A stretch of DNA of 64,000 nucleotides from positions 8,839,059 to 8,903,058 of the forward strand of contig CAVNZM010000002.1 in assembly GCA_963693365.1 (NCBI GenBank), given 5' to 3'. Positions 31,481 to 56,654 of the stretch are shown here, one piece after another. The position numbers and the translations under genes are program-made. Numbering within the stretch: the first letter of the stretch is position 1; each line of letters begins with the position of its first letter. The notes beneath the pieces are model-generated. The model saw only the letters and a program-made list of their open reading frames with translations, made no database searches and was not told where the DNA came from. This DNA is from Amoebidium appalachense. Taxonomy: Eukaryota > Protista > Ichthyosporea.

Positions 31481-31628
31481 TAAGTCTAGTGCTATGTATT
31501 GTACCATGCATGTGCATGTGCATGATGATGGTATTGTACGTGATACCGTGTCACCACGGTGTACATGTGTGTCGCGGCGCGCGTGTGTGCATCATCGAAG
31601 TCGGAGTATCTCAGAAATGATTAATAAT

Positions 31629-31667
<39 letters not shown>

Positions 31668-31718
31668 AAAAAAAAAAAAAAAAAACAACCACCACCACCA
31701 CCACCACCACCACCACCA

Positions 31719-31800
<82 letters not shown>

Positions 31801-31974
31801 CAAGAGTGCATAAATTAATTCTGATCATGCAGAAATCAATGGTACTCTTGGGTGTATGACATAAGTCATTAATGATAAGTGTTATTAGGTACATAGGTGC
31901 GAAGCTTACCCTTTCCTTATGGGTTTGTCTTCCAATTAAACTTATACCCTTACCCTAGGATCGATTCTCTAGGA

Positions 31975-32770
31975 TTGTACTTCCATTTTAGAATTCCTCT
32001 GATATTCTATTTGTACCTCCATCTCAGAATTCCTCTATTATTCTATTTGTACCTCCATCTCAGAATTCTTCTGTTACTCTAATACTATCAACTGCTGTTA
32101 CTCTTGGTATTTCTTTCTCATCATTAACAGCTGTCACTCTTAATGAGTCTCCCTTCGATCGGTCCAATACTTACAAGTTATCTTAAAATAATCAGCTGTT
32201 AAACTAGTCTCCCTTCGGTCGGTCCAATATTTACAAGTTATCTCTTAATCATCAACTGCTGTTACTCTTTTTTCCTCAAGTGTTCTTCTTCTACTTCATA
32301 CTATTTTAGAGGTACCTCTTAGTATCACCTTATAACTAGTCTCCCTGCGGTCGGTCCAACTAAGATAGTTTTCTACTTAAAAGTTATCTTAAAATAATCA
32401 ACTGCTAAAAGAGTCTCCCTTCGGTCGGTCCAACATTTACATAGTTAGAAAGTAGTTTTTTATTTAATAGCTTTTTAAAATAATCAACTGTTAAACTAGT
32501 CTCCCTTCGGTCGGTCCAATATTTACATAGTTAGAAAATAATCAACTGCTAAAAGAGTCTCCCTCCGGTCGGTCCAATACTTACAGATGATACTTACAAG
32601 TTATCTTAAAATAATCAACTGCTAAAAGAGTCTCCCTTCGGTCGATCCAATATTTAATAGCTTTTTAAAATAATCAACTGCTAAAAGAGTATCCCTTCGG
32701 TCGGTCCAATACTTACAGATGATACAAGTTATCTTAAAACAATCAGCTGTTAAACTAGTCTCCCTTCTTG
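31975..32770. repeat. AT-rich modular satellite: three 36-bp units, then 8 full and 1 partial copies of AGTCTCCCTTCGGTCGGTCCAA
   Basis: Core copies start near 32146, 32206, 32338, 32412, 32498, 32556, 32629, 32688 and 32757, separated by shuffled AT-rich modules. Confidence 0.9.
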
Positions 32771-34414
32771 GACCTTACCCTTCTTCCCGGCCCTTAAGTC
32801 ACGGTTGTATCTTCACCTTCCCCCCCCCTCCAACCCTGCTTAAATTTCCTGTCCAGTGGCAACCCCCAACCCTCCGCCTATCATATCCCAGACTCATGCA
32901 ACCAAATTCGTGTGTACACATGTGTGTGTGCACATTGCGCACGGGTGCAGGTGTGTGCACATGTTTTTGCACAGGGCCGGGGGGCTTAGGGAGGGGGGAG
33001 GGGAGGAGGGGCCCGAGCGTTTCAGCGACGACCACCAGGAACCCCCTTCACCATACAGCCGGATATGCCCTAATGTTGCAGGCCACGGCACTACATTGAA
33101 CTTTATATATTTTGATTCGGGACGACATATGATACGATAGTATGAATGTCTGGTGTTTGTTATCATGTAATGTCACGGTAGGTAGCGCGTGAATATGACA
33201 TATGTGTGCCTGCACTTCCTGGGTGAATCTCCACATGGGCCAGATCATAATATATCTGTGAGCGGAATGTATTTGCATTATAGAACATACTGACAAACAC
33301 GTGCATAATACTGCTGCAAATATGTCACTTCTAATACAAGAAAATGATTTTTACGGGTGGCCAGATTTACTGTCCATGGCCATGTAAGAGATGCTATCTG
33401 TAGTAGGTACAAGTTCAAACGTTACCAAACAACACAAAACATGGGATCATTGCACTTTAATGGCCACTCCCTCCGGCCAATTGGAAACACAACATGTGCC
33501 CCATATGCATGGATATGTACATCTTGATACAGACGAAATACACCCCTCTGTTAATGTTAACTACCACACCCCCATTATTTGCTAGAACCAAAAACCGGGC
33601 ACGATAATCAGACAACTACAGGCAACAGAATCGAGACGAAGCAAACCAAGCTACTACTGCTACTACTACTACAAAATAAAAATAAAAAATAAAAAAAAAC
33701 TGAAAAGCGCGCCATTGGCAAGTCTTCGAGGGGTTAAACTGCCCGAAATCTTTCAGTAAAACACGACAACGTACGTTGCTATAATCTCATCCTTAAATGC
33801 TCTCACGAAATCAGATACTACATGTTCGAGAACACCATTCGAAGAGCCCAGATTTCCGTTTTTGTCAAGATTATTTGCATCGTCTGACCACTGTGATATC
33901 ATGAATGGATATTATGCACTCAGTAATTTTTATGCTGAAAATCACTTCACTCACTCATTTAGCAACCTCTCCCAAGATCTCCAAGAGAACACAACTTCAA
34001 GGGGGAACATTTCCACCTGTCAAAGCTGGTGGTGAGCATTGTAATGTCGTAGGGGTTCGCAACGCCTTCAAGCCACGCATACTCTACTCATTCCTGACTA
34101 TTTAATTACTACAGGAAGTTCTATATGCAAGAGGGTGGTTTCTGAAAAATCTGCTTTGCGTCGTCATAGTAAGAACTCGGAGGTGTCAGTGTACCCGTGT
34201 ACGTGCCTGTGTGTGCGTGCGCATGACAGTGTTTGGTGTGTGCGCATGCACGAGCGCATGTGTGTGCACATGCGTGTCTCTGTGCGTGTGTGCATGCTAT
34301 AGGTTGGGGGAGGAGGGGAAGGGGATGGGATGGGGGGGGGGGGGGGGGGGGGGGGGGGGGATGGGGATGGGGATGTGGGGGGAGGGGGGGGGGGTGGGGA
34401 AGGGTGCTTCAATT

Positions 34415-46082
<11,668 letters not shown>

Positions 46083-46223
46083 TTTGGATACTTGTTATAA
46101 AAAGACTGGTGCACAGGTGCACTGGTATAGCATTGATTACGTTGGCACTATATTAGCTTAGTATTTTGGGCTATGGAACATGCATGAATACAGATGAAGT
46201 TTTCGTTTTCGTTTCCGCCCTAA

Positions 46224-46544
46224 TGATAGAGGAGTTGGGCCTCTGTGGCCTCGGACCCGGAAATGACCCGAACCTGAGAATAAGACCCATTCACAAATTC
46301 AGAGTTGATTGTGGGACGTTATGACATCCCCCCGGTCTGGAAGACGGCGTCCCGACGTCTTTGACGCCTCTGCGCTCGCTCCCAGGCCAGGTCAACCCAG
46401 AGGTACGCATGGATCGTACCTTCTCTGCTACCAAGTAATGATAGAGGGGTTGGGCCTCTGTGGCCTCTGGCCCGATATTGACCCGGACCTGAGAATAAGA
46501 CCCATTCATAAATTAACAGAGTTGATTGTGGGACACATGGCTCA
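46224..46544 (-). mobile_element. Miniature LTR retroelement (TRIM-like), about 320 bp
   Basis: Two direct repeats of about 100 bp (46439-46544 and 46224-46326; TG...CA on the minus strand). PBS TGGTAGCAGAG (46433-46423) is complementary to the initiator tRNA-Met 3' end, and a GGGGGGA purine tract directly precedes the second LTR. Confidence 0.85.
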
Positions 46545-46805
46545 CTCTAGCTAAAGATGATTGGCTAAACACGCATCATTTGCTTTCACCCTATACTTTT
46601 CACATGGGGTCTTTCAAAAAGCGATGCTACTACATAGTACTTCCACATGCATTTGCGTCTCGACAGTCGTCTCCTTGAGGTATCGGTCGATCTCTTTTCC
46701 TTAATTACATCAATAAAATCATCATTAAAAAAAAAAAAAACATAACAATTTATGTTACAAATATAGGCGCAGCTACTATTAGCCGTTGTTTTATGAAACC
46801 CCCTA

Positions 46806-47775
46806 ATGAATCTTTTGAGACCAAGGCTTACCCCATCCTGCGAACCTTCTTCTCTACTAGGGCCTTTTTTACGGCCGACTTTCGAATATGGACTTCCGCT
46901 ATTGGCCTGCGCCCCACCTCGCGAGGCGGCCATGGCGCTGCATGCGCATAAGAGTTCGACGATTTTCAGGGTACTGCGCTGCGCACTTTGTCGTACTCGG
47001 TTTGTGCCTCCCTTAATCAGTATGTTTGGATTGCAGCCGTCTGCTGTTTGTCGTATGGAGGAATTGTCTCTTCTTTTTTGTTTTCATTTAGTTATAATTA
47101 GGATACCTGATGGTCACCCTATTTATGCTTTCTTTCCCCCCCCCCTCCCTCCATCCCTCTTCCCGCCCGATTCACCAACGCCACTTCTGAATTGTCCTCA
47201 GCCTACCCTCTTTCAACCTGATTCTTCTTCACGCTATCTCACTCCCTCTTTCTTTTCTCTTTCTGTTTTTTCTGCCTTTTCGAGTTATTACCATACGCAG
47301 TATAAGTTTCTTTCTAGTTCTGATAGAGAAATCAAAGGTAAAACTCAGTCGGTATGTGTTATATGTTCCTTAGGCAACACCGTATTGATCATTATCGCTT
47401 TTTGGGAGCTTTGGCAGCCTGATCATGAGGATACATTTCTCCTGCTGTACGTGTGGATACCACCCTAGTAGATAAGTCTGTATGGTGCTCTGATGTTGAT
47501 ATTGCCTGGGAAGTTGTGCAGTGGCGTTGTAATTCTTGTTTCCATATCGCCGCTGGTGCCACTTTTGTGCTGAACTTTTTAATCGAAAGGATGTTGATTG
47601 GTGTGAGTTTTTATGTCGCGTTTTACCTCTTTCCCTACGGGTGTCTGCTACACTGGCTGGCAATGTGAACACTTTAGACTTTTTGTTGAGTTCTGTTGGT
47701 CGTCAAATTGAGTATTTATATGATTTTCACACAGTGTTCAGGTATATATCTCAGTATGCACTTGTTACTGGATAA
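46806..47775 (+). mobile_element. Decayed non-LTR retrotransposon ORF2 3' portion
   Basis: FLRPTFEYGL (RT thumb-like), HKSSTIFR and RMEELSLLFCFHL, then VQWRCN..CHFC..FNRK..C..NTLDFLL across frameshifts; same C-terminal pattern as 23148-23612. Confidence 0.7.
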
Positions 47776-47871
47776 CTGTGAAGTTTTTATTGTCTTCTCA
47801 GTATGCCGTGCATACTTGCATATCTTTCCGTCGAATAAATCCAGTCAAAAGAAAAAAAAGGCTTACCCCCC

Positions 47872-47938
<67 letters not shown>

Positions 47939-48586
47939 ACAAAAAAATAAAATAATAATAAATAATAAATAAACCAACAACTTTCCGTATCTTCGCTGCA
48001 AAACGTCACAGTCTCGCCCACTTCTCTATGATATCTTTTTGATTGGATTGTCAACGGCTTGCATGCTCGAGCTTGGAGCTAGTGGCAAATATTTATTATT
48101 TGTGTGCGCTTCATCCCATACGACTTGTACCAGAAGATATTGCTACGTACGAATACGGATGATATGTAAGCGGTTATTAGAGGTAAATCTAGGTACTTCA
48201 ACAGCACAAAGACATGCCAAAGTGCAGTGAGTGAGTAGTAGTGTCAGAGAATATGCTGCGGCGAGTGAAAGAAAAAACAGAAAGCAATCAACGTCTAATC
48301 CGGTGACTGGGAACCACCGTGTATATGCACACATTCCTTGTGTATGTAACCGATGTTGAGAACTTATGTTACCTACATATAATCCCCAAAACCCACCACA
48401 CAATCGTATTCACATCGCATCATAATCGTAACACGATTCATGATCGATTATTCACCAACCGACACACCACCACATTGCTCCCATTCAGACTGTACACAAA
48501 CTATACAGAGAGTACATGTCTCGTGTAAATCTCCTTAACCCTACCATCACTTGCGCATTTCACCTAGTGCAATCATGTGCCCACAT

Positions 48587-48793
48587 TTAGAATGCGGCGC
48601 CGGTCCCGGATTTTGTCGGGCATGTGTTGGCAAAGTGGCCTGGGTTCTTGCAGAGGTAGCACACGTCACAGTCCTTGGAGCGGTGGCCCTGTACATCCCA
48701 CCACAAACAATCAGAAACCAAACGGACGTGAACGTGCTTTGACAAATGCAATTGATCCCCTCTTTCTCTTTTTTTTTTTTTTTAAAAAAAAAA

Positions 48794-48824
<31 letters not shown>

Positions 48825-48860
48825 GGCGGTAGTGGCCATGGCGGTGGTGGTGGAGGCTTT

Positions 48861-48898
<38 letters not shown>

Positions 48899-48918
48899 CG
48901 CGCGCGCACACACACGAG

Positions 48919-48953
<35 letters not shown>

Positions 48954-49196
48954 ACAATCGCACACTCTTTGCGCAGGATATCCATCTTGGCAAAATCGAC
49001 ACAGCAAAGGCACCCGCCAAAACATTAACCAAAGGTAAATTCCAACTAGCAACCATGCATCATGTTGACTCCCCGCGCTTGTTCCCAAGAGGACACCATC
49101 CCCTCTTCTTCCCCCCCCCCCCCCCCCCCCCCCCCCCCACACACACACACCCCTTCCCCCCGGCCTCCCACCCACCCACACACACGTGTGCAGCGT

Positions 49197-49230
<34 letters not shown>

Positions 49231-49295
49231 GCATACCCACCCATACACACATACCCACCGACCTACCCACTAACACACACCAGCACATCCGTGAG

Positions 49296-49378
<83 letters not shown>

Positions 49379-50135
49379 ACACACACCACCTATCCGCCCA
49401 CCCCCATACACACACACACCACCAACCAACACGAACACACACACACGTGCACACCCACCTCGCGGCCGCACTTGAAGCATGAATCAGCAGTCAGACCCTG
49501 CTCCTTCAGCTTGGGGCATTCATTCGACCGGTGGCCGGGCTGTTGGCACCTGCATAGGAAGCACACGTAGGAAGTTAGCTCAAAAAGTTATTGGTTTAAA
49601 CCAAAACTAATACTAGTTCGATCCGATCGCCCAAATAAGGAAGCTGTGCACAATCGCTAAAGAGCAGATCGAAGTAATACGTCTATGCTGGCATTTGTCT
49701 GGAAATCTTTTTGCATACCTCAATCGTGCAATTCCTAAAACTAGAGATAATACCATATGTAGGCAAAGCAGTTCCCCCTGCTGATGTCATTTTGACGTAA
49801 CAAAATGTCATAATGATGCCAGCCGTGAAATGCAAAGACAGACCTTATCGTGAGTGCGCACCCACCGGACACACACGGACACCATCTTTGCCAGCTTCCT
49901 GTTCTTTCCGCCTCCCCCCCCCCCCCCCCCCCCCAAACACACACACTCACACACATACACACCGACGCCATCTCTGCCCATATTCCTGTTCTGCCCCCCC
50001 CACCCCCCTTCCCCCCCCCCCACCCTCGTTTTTTTTAACTTACCTATAGCACACCTGCATGCCAAAGCCCTGCTGTGGTGCGCCGTAGCCACCCATGCCC
50101 ATGCCTGGTGCCCCATATCCACCAAACCCGGGCCT

Positions 50136-50169
<34 letters not shown>

Positions 50170-50217
50170 AACACGTCAGCATTAGGCCGCATATAGTACA
50201 CCGAGAAAATTGTTCTA

Positions 50218-50259
<42 letters not shown>

Positions 50260-50648
50260 CACACACACGCACACGCCCCACACACACATACACCCAACGT
50301 CTCCCCCCAGCACCACCACACATACACTCGCACGCACGCACGCACCAAAGCACGCTTCTACCCACCTACCCAGCACACACGCACACACATGGACACAAAA
50401 ACCCATGCTGCTGTGTATTCTTCGCTAAGAATGTGTAGGGTTAAAGTGCAGGAACACAGCCGAAGTGGATGGATAAGGGCCGGGCCCATATGGTCGGTTA
50501 AATTTTTTTGGCTAAGTTTGAATCAGTTTAGATCCCCGCGGCGACATCTATACATATGGCAGAAAAAAAAAGAAAAAAACGCTGCCAAACACAGATCGAC
50601 ACAGCAGCGAGGGAGCTCCTAATGTGGGAAAGGTGATGGGACTTGTAT

Positions 50649-50733
<85 letters not shown>

Positions 50734-50751
50734 GAGAGAGAGAGCGGGAGG

Positions 50752-50783
<32 letters not shown>

Positions 50784-50871
50784 GATATGCGCCTACAAGA
50801 CTAAAACTGCAAACAAGGATGAGAGCACAGCATTTTAAAAAAGCGTGAAAAGGCAGGAGAGCGCCCACCAA

Positions 50872-50909
<38 letters not shown>

Positions 50910-51455
50910 TCACTCACGCAGCACCTCCCCAGCCTGTCGATGCAGCAAAAGAAAGGCCCAACCCCAGTCAGTACTCACCCGAGGTTACATGACCAAACCC
51001 TCCACACACACATCGCACATCGCACAACACACACACACACAAACAACTACAGACACACGCACGCAGACGCGCACACATACCGGCAACACCCCTTCCACCT
51101 AACAAAAAAACAAAGCCCCCTCACCCCGTTCCCAAGATAACTCCAATATACTTTACTCCTCTTCTCTTCCCTCTCCATCCATCTCTCTCTCTCTCCCCCC
51201 CCTCGCCCACCACCACCCTATCTCAACCCTTGTCCTTGGAAATATCACCTCCTACTATTCGACATCTACAACACCTGTTGCCATCTCAAATCCCCACACA
51301 TCCACTCCCCCTTGATCTACGGAAATGAACGTCAACACACATACTCTCACCTACACACACAAAGCCTTACACATACCCACCACTGCCACCACCACCACCA
51401 CCACCACCACCACCACCTCCTCCTCCTCCTACACACACACACACAACCACACACA

Positions 51456-51493
<38 letters not shown>

Positions 51494-54400
51494 CAGACAC
51501 CACCACCACCCAACTTATATAAACACATATACATAATATACAGACAGCACCAAAACACACACACAAAACCAAAAACAGAAGAACTAAAACAAACCGTACA
51601 AAACAAATACACCCAAGACTAAAAAATGAAAAAAAACGGAGAGGAGAGGAAAATGAGGTAGAAGAAGAAAAGAAGGTGTATTAGCCCAATACTGGCCACC
51701 TCTCACACGCACACACCCCAGCGGCCAACCCCTCTCCCCCTCCCCTCCCCCCCTCGACACACACACACACCACACAAACTTCCTTACCACCCATGTTTCC
51801 GCCCATCTGGCCCGCCATCCCCCTGCAATCTCTGCACCCACACCCACCCCACCGCCACCACCACATCAGCCCACACCCCTCACCAACCCCCTCCCCGTCC
51901 CCACCTCGTTCCCCTTTCCGCAGCTCTCCCTCCCCCCCCCCTCACCCGTTAGAAGCAATGCACACCTCCTTTTTCCTTCGCTCTGCCCTCCATCTCCCCC
52001 TCCCCCTCCCTAGTTATATTCCCCTACCCCTACCCAAAAAGGAAACACACACATCACTCAACCCCCCCCACCCCCCCCCCCCCCCCTTCCCCTCCCACCT
52101 CTACAACACCTCTACCCTTCGGACCCTTCCCTTCCATTACTCAACCGAAGAACACAAACCATATGCACACCTCCCAGCCACCACCTTCAACGTGATTCTC
52201 TTTCCCACACATACACACACACACAAACTCTCTCTCTCTCTCTCTCTCTCAAAACAGGTTCCTACCTTCCCTCGCACTATCAACAATCTCAACACACACC
52301 CAAGCAATCCCACCTGTCCATTGATGAGCGTAGCAACAAGATCAGCACCACCCCCCTTCTTCCCCCCCCCCCCCCCCCCCAAAAAAAAAAAAGCAAACAC
52401 CAATAAATAAACAAGACACACACGGGAATAAAAAAGGCAAAAGGGGGGAAGGAAAGAAAGGAAAGAAAGAAGAAAAGTAAAGAAAAACAAAAACAAAAGA
52501 AATCCGCAAACCCAAAACCCCGTAAAAAACGCACCTTCCGTTGTGACCAAACTGGTGGCACTTGTAGCACATGCCGCGGGGGATGGCATTGGGGCAGCGC
52601 ATCTTGACGTGGCCCTTGCCCTTGCACAGGTAGCACTCCTGCCCACCAGCCATGTTCTTGCTGTCCCACGGCGACGTGCACATGTCCGCAATGTGCCCGT
52701 TGCCTGAAAGAAAAAAGAAAGAAAGAAAGAAAGAAAGAGAAAAGAAACGAAAAGGTAAACAAAGGGGGGAGGAAGGGGGGGGGGGTTTTGAATGCGTCAA
52801 AAAGTACGAAGTACACAAGAACAAACGGATAACACGATGCAGAATGCAAGCCATACATAAAGAGTATGCATAATAAGCAGAGCCCATCCTCAGGGGGGGC
52901 CCACGTCATCCACAGTACCCGAGTTTCGACCTATTCCCCTCGTTAACGAAACCCAACTCAGATACTGTTTCACTTGAACATGAGTAGGTCACCCGTCTTG
53001 ATCAGAGACGAGCAGGGTTGCTTATGCAGGCAAGGGCAGTGGGAAAGGCCGGGGGTTAAAGTTGCAGCAGTAAGCAGAAGCAAGAAAAATATAGATAGGA
53101 ACTCAGGAGACGGGGCTTCTAGGAAGCTCCCCCGTCGATACCTAAGTCGATACTTCCCTGGCTAACATACTACACCAGCTGAAAAGAATTAAGTCCCGAA
53201 GGCCACAGAATTCGTAATCAGAGGGGAAAATATGAGATTTGACCCACGCCGCAGGGTAGTAACACGCTTACTAGGGCGGAACTTTATCGTCTTCGAACGG
53301 AAAGCTATGCCCCCCGGGGGGGGGGGGGGGGGGGAAGGGTCAGTACATACACCAACTCATAAGCCCCTTTCCGTGACCCGTTCTTCCCCAAAAGCACAAA
53401 CATATACATACCACACATGAACGCACACGTGCAAACAAACACACAAAACACGACCGCACAAAGACACACCCACCCACCCCCACCCACCCACCCACCCACC
53501 CAAGCACATGCGCACACGCACACATGCACACACACACAATACACACACCCTACCTCCGCAGCGGAAGCAGTTCTCCCTTGCACGCTTGGAGTCCTGGTCG
53601 ACCGACTCCTCTCCTGCTCCCCGCTTGACCCCACCGGCACCATCATCTGCATCCCCCCACACAAATCAGTCAAAAACTCATAAAAAAACAAAATATAAGA
53701 AGGAAAAAGTATGTACTCTTTTCGTTGAATGTGTCCACCTATCAGCAAAAAGGGGGGTCTTTGTGCAGTGGTATGATTACGATTATGTGATCAGCGGGAC
53801 TGTAGGTGTTTGCTGCCTTCCGGCGAAGCATATAATTGTAATCTGATGTGTACATAGCGAAAGACCCGCCTTGCGCCCTTTGGTGCAAACATTCAATAAG
53901 AAGCATATAGTAGGCCCACATCAAGGAGGGGGGAGGAGGAGGAGGAGCAGGAGGGGGGGAGGGGGAGGGGAGGGGGGGGGGGGGGGGGGGGGGGGGATGA
54001 AAAAAAAAAACCACCAAACCTTAAAAAAAAAAAAAAAAAACCCGAGAGAAATGGTGGTGTGTAACCTATGAAGCAAGTGTTTAGTAGTAAGAGCTTAAAA
54101 AGGGCCGTAAAATCACCAAAGCACCGGGTTCCCACCGTTTCACACCCAAGATCCTGTTTCCAACCAGCACACAAACTACCCACACCACAAGCACGATATC
54201 GGTGTCACCACTGGCTGTCCTCCCGGCCAACCAAAAACACGTTTTTCCTACCTAAAAACACCGGGTCTTCCAAGTCCCACACACCTTTCTTTCTACCACC
54301 GACATACCCTCCCAGGCCAGCTAGAAACACGCTTTTCCCACCCTAAAAACACCGAGTTTTCCAAGCACCACGCACCTTTCTTGGTCACCACCAGGTATAT

Positions 54401-54992
54401 CCTGCCGGCCCAGCCGCCCTCTGGGGGGTGGAACTGGCCGTCCTGCAGCTTGACAACACGCATGGCCTTGGTCTCCTCATTGCGGTACTAAAAAACGGGG
54501 GGGAAAGGGTTAAGGAAACTATCGACAACAAGAAAAAAAAAACTATTAAGAAAAGAATCAAAAACGTAAAGGAGATGAGGCCAAGGGGGGGAGGGGGAGG
54601 GCAGGAGGGGGGGGGGGGAGGGGGGGGGGGGGGGGCACGTCCCTGGGGAAAGGAGGGGGGTGGGGGGGGGGAGGACGGAAGGGGGACGGGTGGGGAGAAG
54701 GGGGGGGTCATCAAAGACGAGGAAAGGAGAAGACGGGGAGGGAGGGGGAAGGGGAGAAGTGGGGAAAAGGCAGGTGGAGCCTGGGTAATTGTCGTGGAAT
54801 GGGAGGTAAAGATGGATAGCTGGATTGGCATCACAACACTTCAACAAATGTAGTCAAAGAACACAATAAACATCATGAAAACTGGTCAAGACAAAAAAGG
54901 AAGACCCAGGAAGGAGAACATGAACAGGTGGGAGGGGGGGGAGGGGTTAAATAGGGAGTACAAAGACAGCAAACAAAGAGCACGGCGCAGTA

Positions 54993-55033
<41 letters not shown>

Positions 55034-55688
55034 CGCGCATGCATGCCAATGTATTTAAGCGTGTTTAGAAGGCCGTGCTTGGGGTTGGTGGTGGTGGTGG
55101 GGGGGGGGGGGGGGGGGGGGTGGATGCATGTAGTGGTTGCTGCCTAAAATGCAGAATGATAACATAAGGAGGAAAACGACCCGTCGAGAGAGGGGGAGAG
55201 AGGTTAAAGATGTGTTAAAGATGTGTTAAAGATTACGAATTAAACAATAACACAGTGGGCGACACAAAGGTGACTGCAAAGCATACGACAAGAGTATGCA
55301 TCAAACAGAGCCCATCCTCCCCATGGGGAGGGGGAGGGGGGCAAAGGGGGGAGGGGGGAGGAGGAACAAGTAGTACACGAAAAGAACACCCCGAACAACA
55401 ACAAACCACACTAACAGCCCCTTCCTCTCCCCCCCCCCCCCCCCTCCCCCTTAGGAGCCCTTTAGCCGAAGATTGAATACCCACGGTACAAAATCAACGA
55501 GTTGTCCGTCTGTCGGTGTCATCCCCTTCCTTTCCCCACTACACAACGTCACACAAATCCCCTCCCTCCCCCCCCCCCTCCCCTCCCCAATCCCCACCGC
55601 CACATCCACAGAGACAACCCGCAACCACAAACAAACACTGAATATATCATTCAGCAGCAGTTGCTCAGTCAGGCGAGCACACACACAT

Positions 55689-55748
<60 letters not shown>

Positions 55749-55854
55749 ATACACACGTATACACACACACACACACACAAACACACAAGCACAAACACAC
55801 ACACACACACGTATACACACGTATACACACACACACACACGTATACACACGTAT

Positions 55855-55887
<33 letters not shown>

Positions 55888-56564
55888 AACACAAACACAA
55901 ACACAAGCACACACATACACACACAGTTAACATACACACGAATGGACACAAGGACACAAACAGTCTCACTCTCCCCGCACTCTCGATCCCTTCTGCCCCA
56001 TCATCACACATACAAGCACCAGCAAGTTTGAGTGATGGAGCACCGACTCAGGGGAAACTCACCGCGCCCAGGTTAGCAAACCAGCTACTGTCTGACACGA
56101 AATTGAGCAAGAACAAAGCAAAGACAACAAATCTAGAGGGCTAAGAATAGTAAGAGGTGTTAAAAGAACTGTCGGCTGAGATGTACCCACAAAACGTAAT
56201 AGTGCACGCACGCACGCACTCACACACACACACATACACACCTACACACAAGCACCACCTGAACAAGCACTACAACCACGGCGTGGAATGGACTATACCG
56301 CGAGAAACGACAAGGAATTCACGCACGAGAGATCCGCCGACAGGATAGTCCCACGCGCACAAACACGCACGCGCCCACACGCACGCACACGCACACGCAC
56401 ACGCACACGCACACACGCACACACACGAACACACACACCTTGAGGCCAGCAGCACCGTCGAAGGTCGACTGGAGAGTGGCAAGCGACAAGAAATCGTTGT
56501 CAAGAGGAACCTCGACCACGTCAGCGCTAGGGCTGGTTTCGCTCATAACCTGCACGTAAGCCAT
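48587..56564 (-). CDS. TDP-43 N-terminal domain plus six CCHC zinc knuckles (CNBP-like), 280 aa, 9 exons
   Basis: Exons 56564-56439, 54487-54376, 53646-53554, 52703-52535, 51831-51788, 50933-50918, 50133-50044, 49549-49459 and 48688-48587; all GT-AG, phases close, 843 nt in total. The N-terminus aligns with the TDP-43 NTD, and six C-x2-C-x4-H-x4-C motifs follow. Confidence 0.9.
52860..53092 (-). repeat. Dispersed intronic repeat family, longest uninterrupted copy
   Basis: Matches 14107-14532, 3036-3142 (inverted) and 55290-55325. Confidence 0.85.
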
Positions 56565-56654
56565 TCTCTCTCAATGATTCTTTCAGATCACTACAACGTT
56601 TGCTCACTCAAACTGAGAAAAAAATAAGGGCAAAAAAAAAAAAAAAAGCTTGAA

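Noticed and set aside
32146-32770. CRISPR-like repeat-spacer appearance
   Set aside because: Spacers vary widely in length and reuse the same modules, there are no cas genes, and the context is eukaryotic.
46394-46433. tRNA-iMet gene
   Set aside because: Only the 3' half is present, with encoded CCA; it is better explained as a retroelement primer-binding region.
48968-48990. Candidate exon DGYPAQR in the last knuckle-gene intron
   Set aside because: Its phase is incompatible and it would split knuckle 5, which closes perfectly without it.
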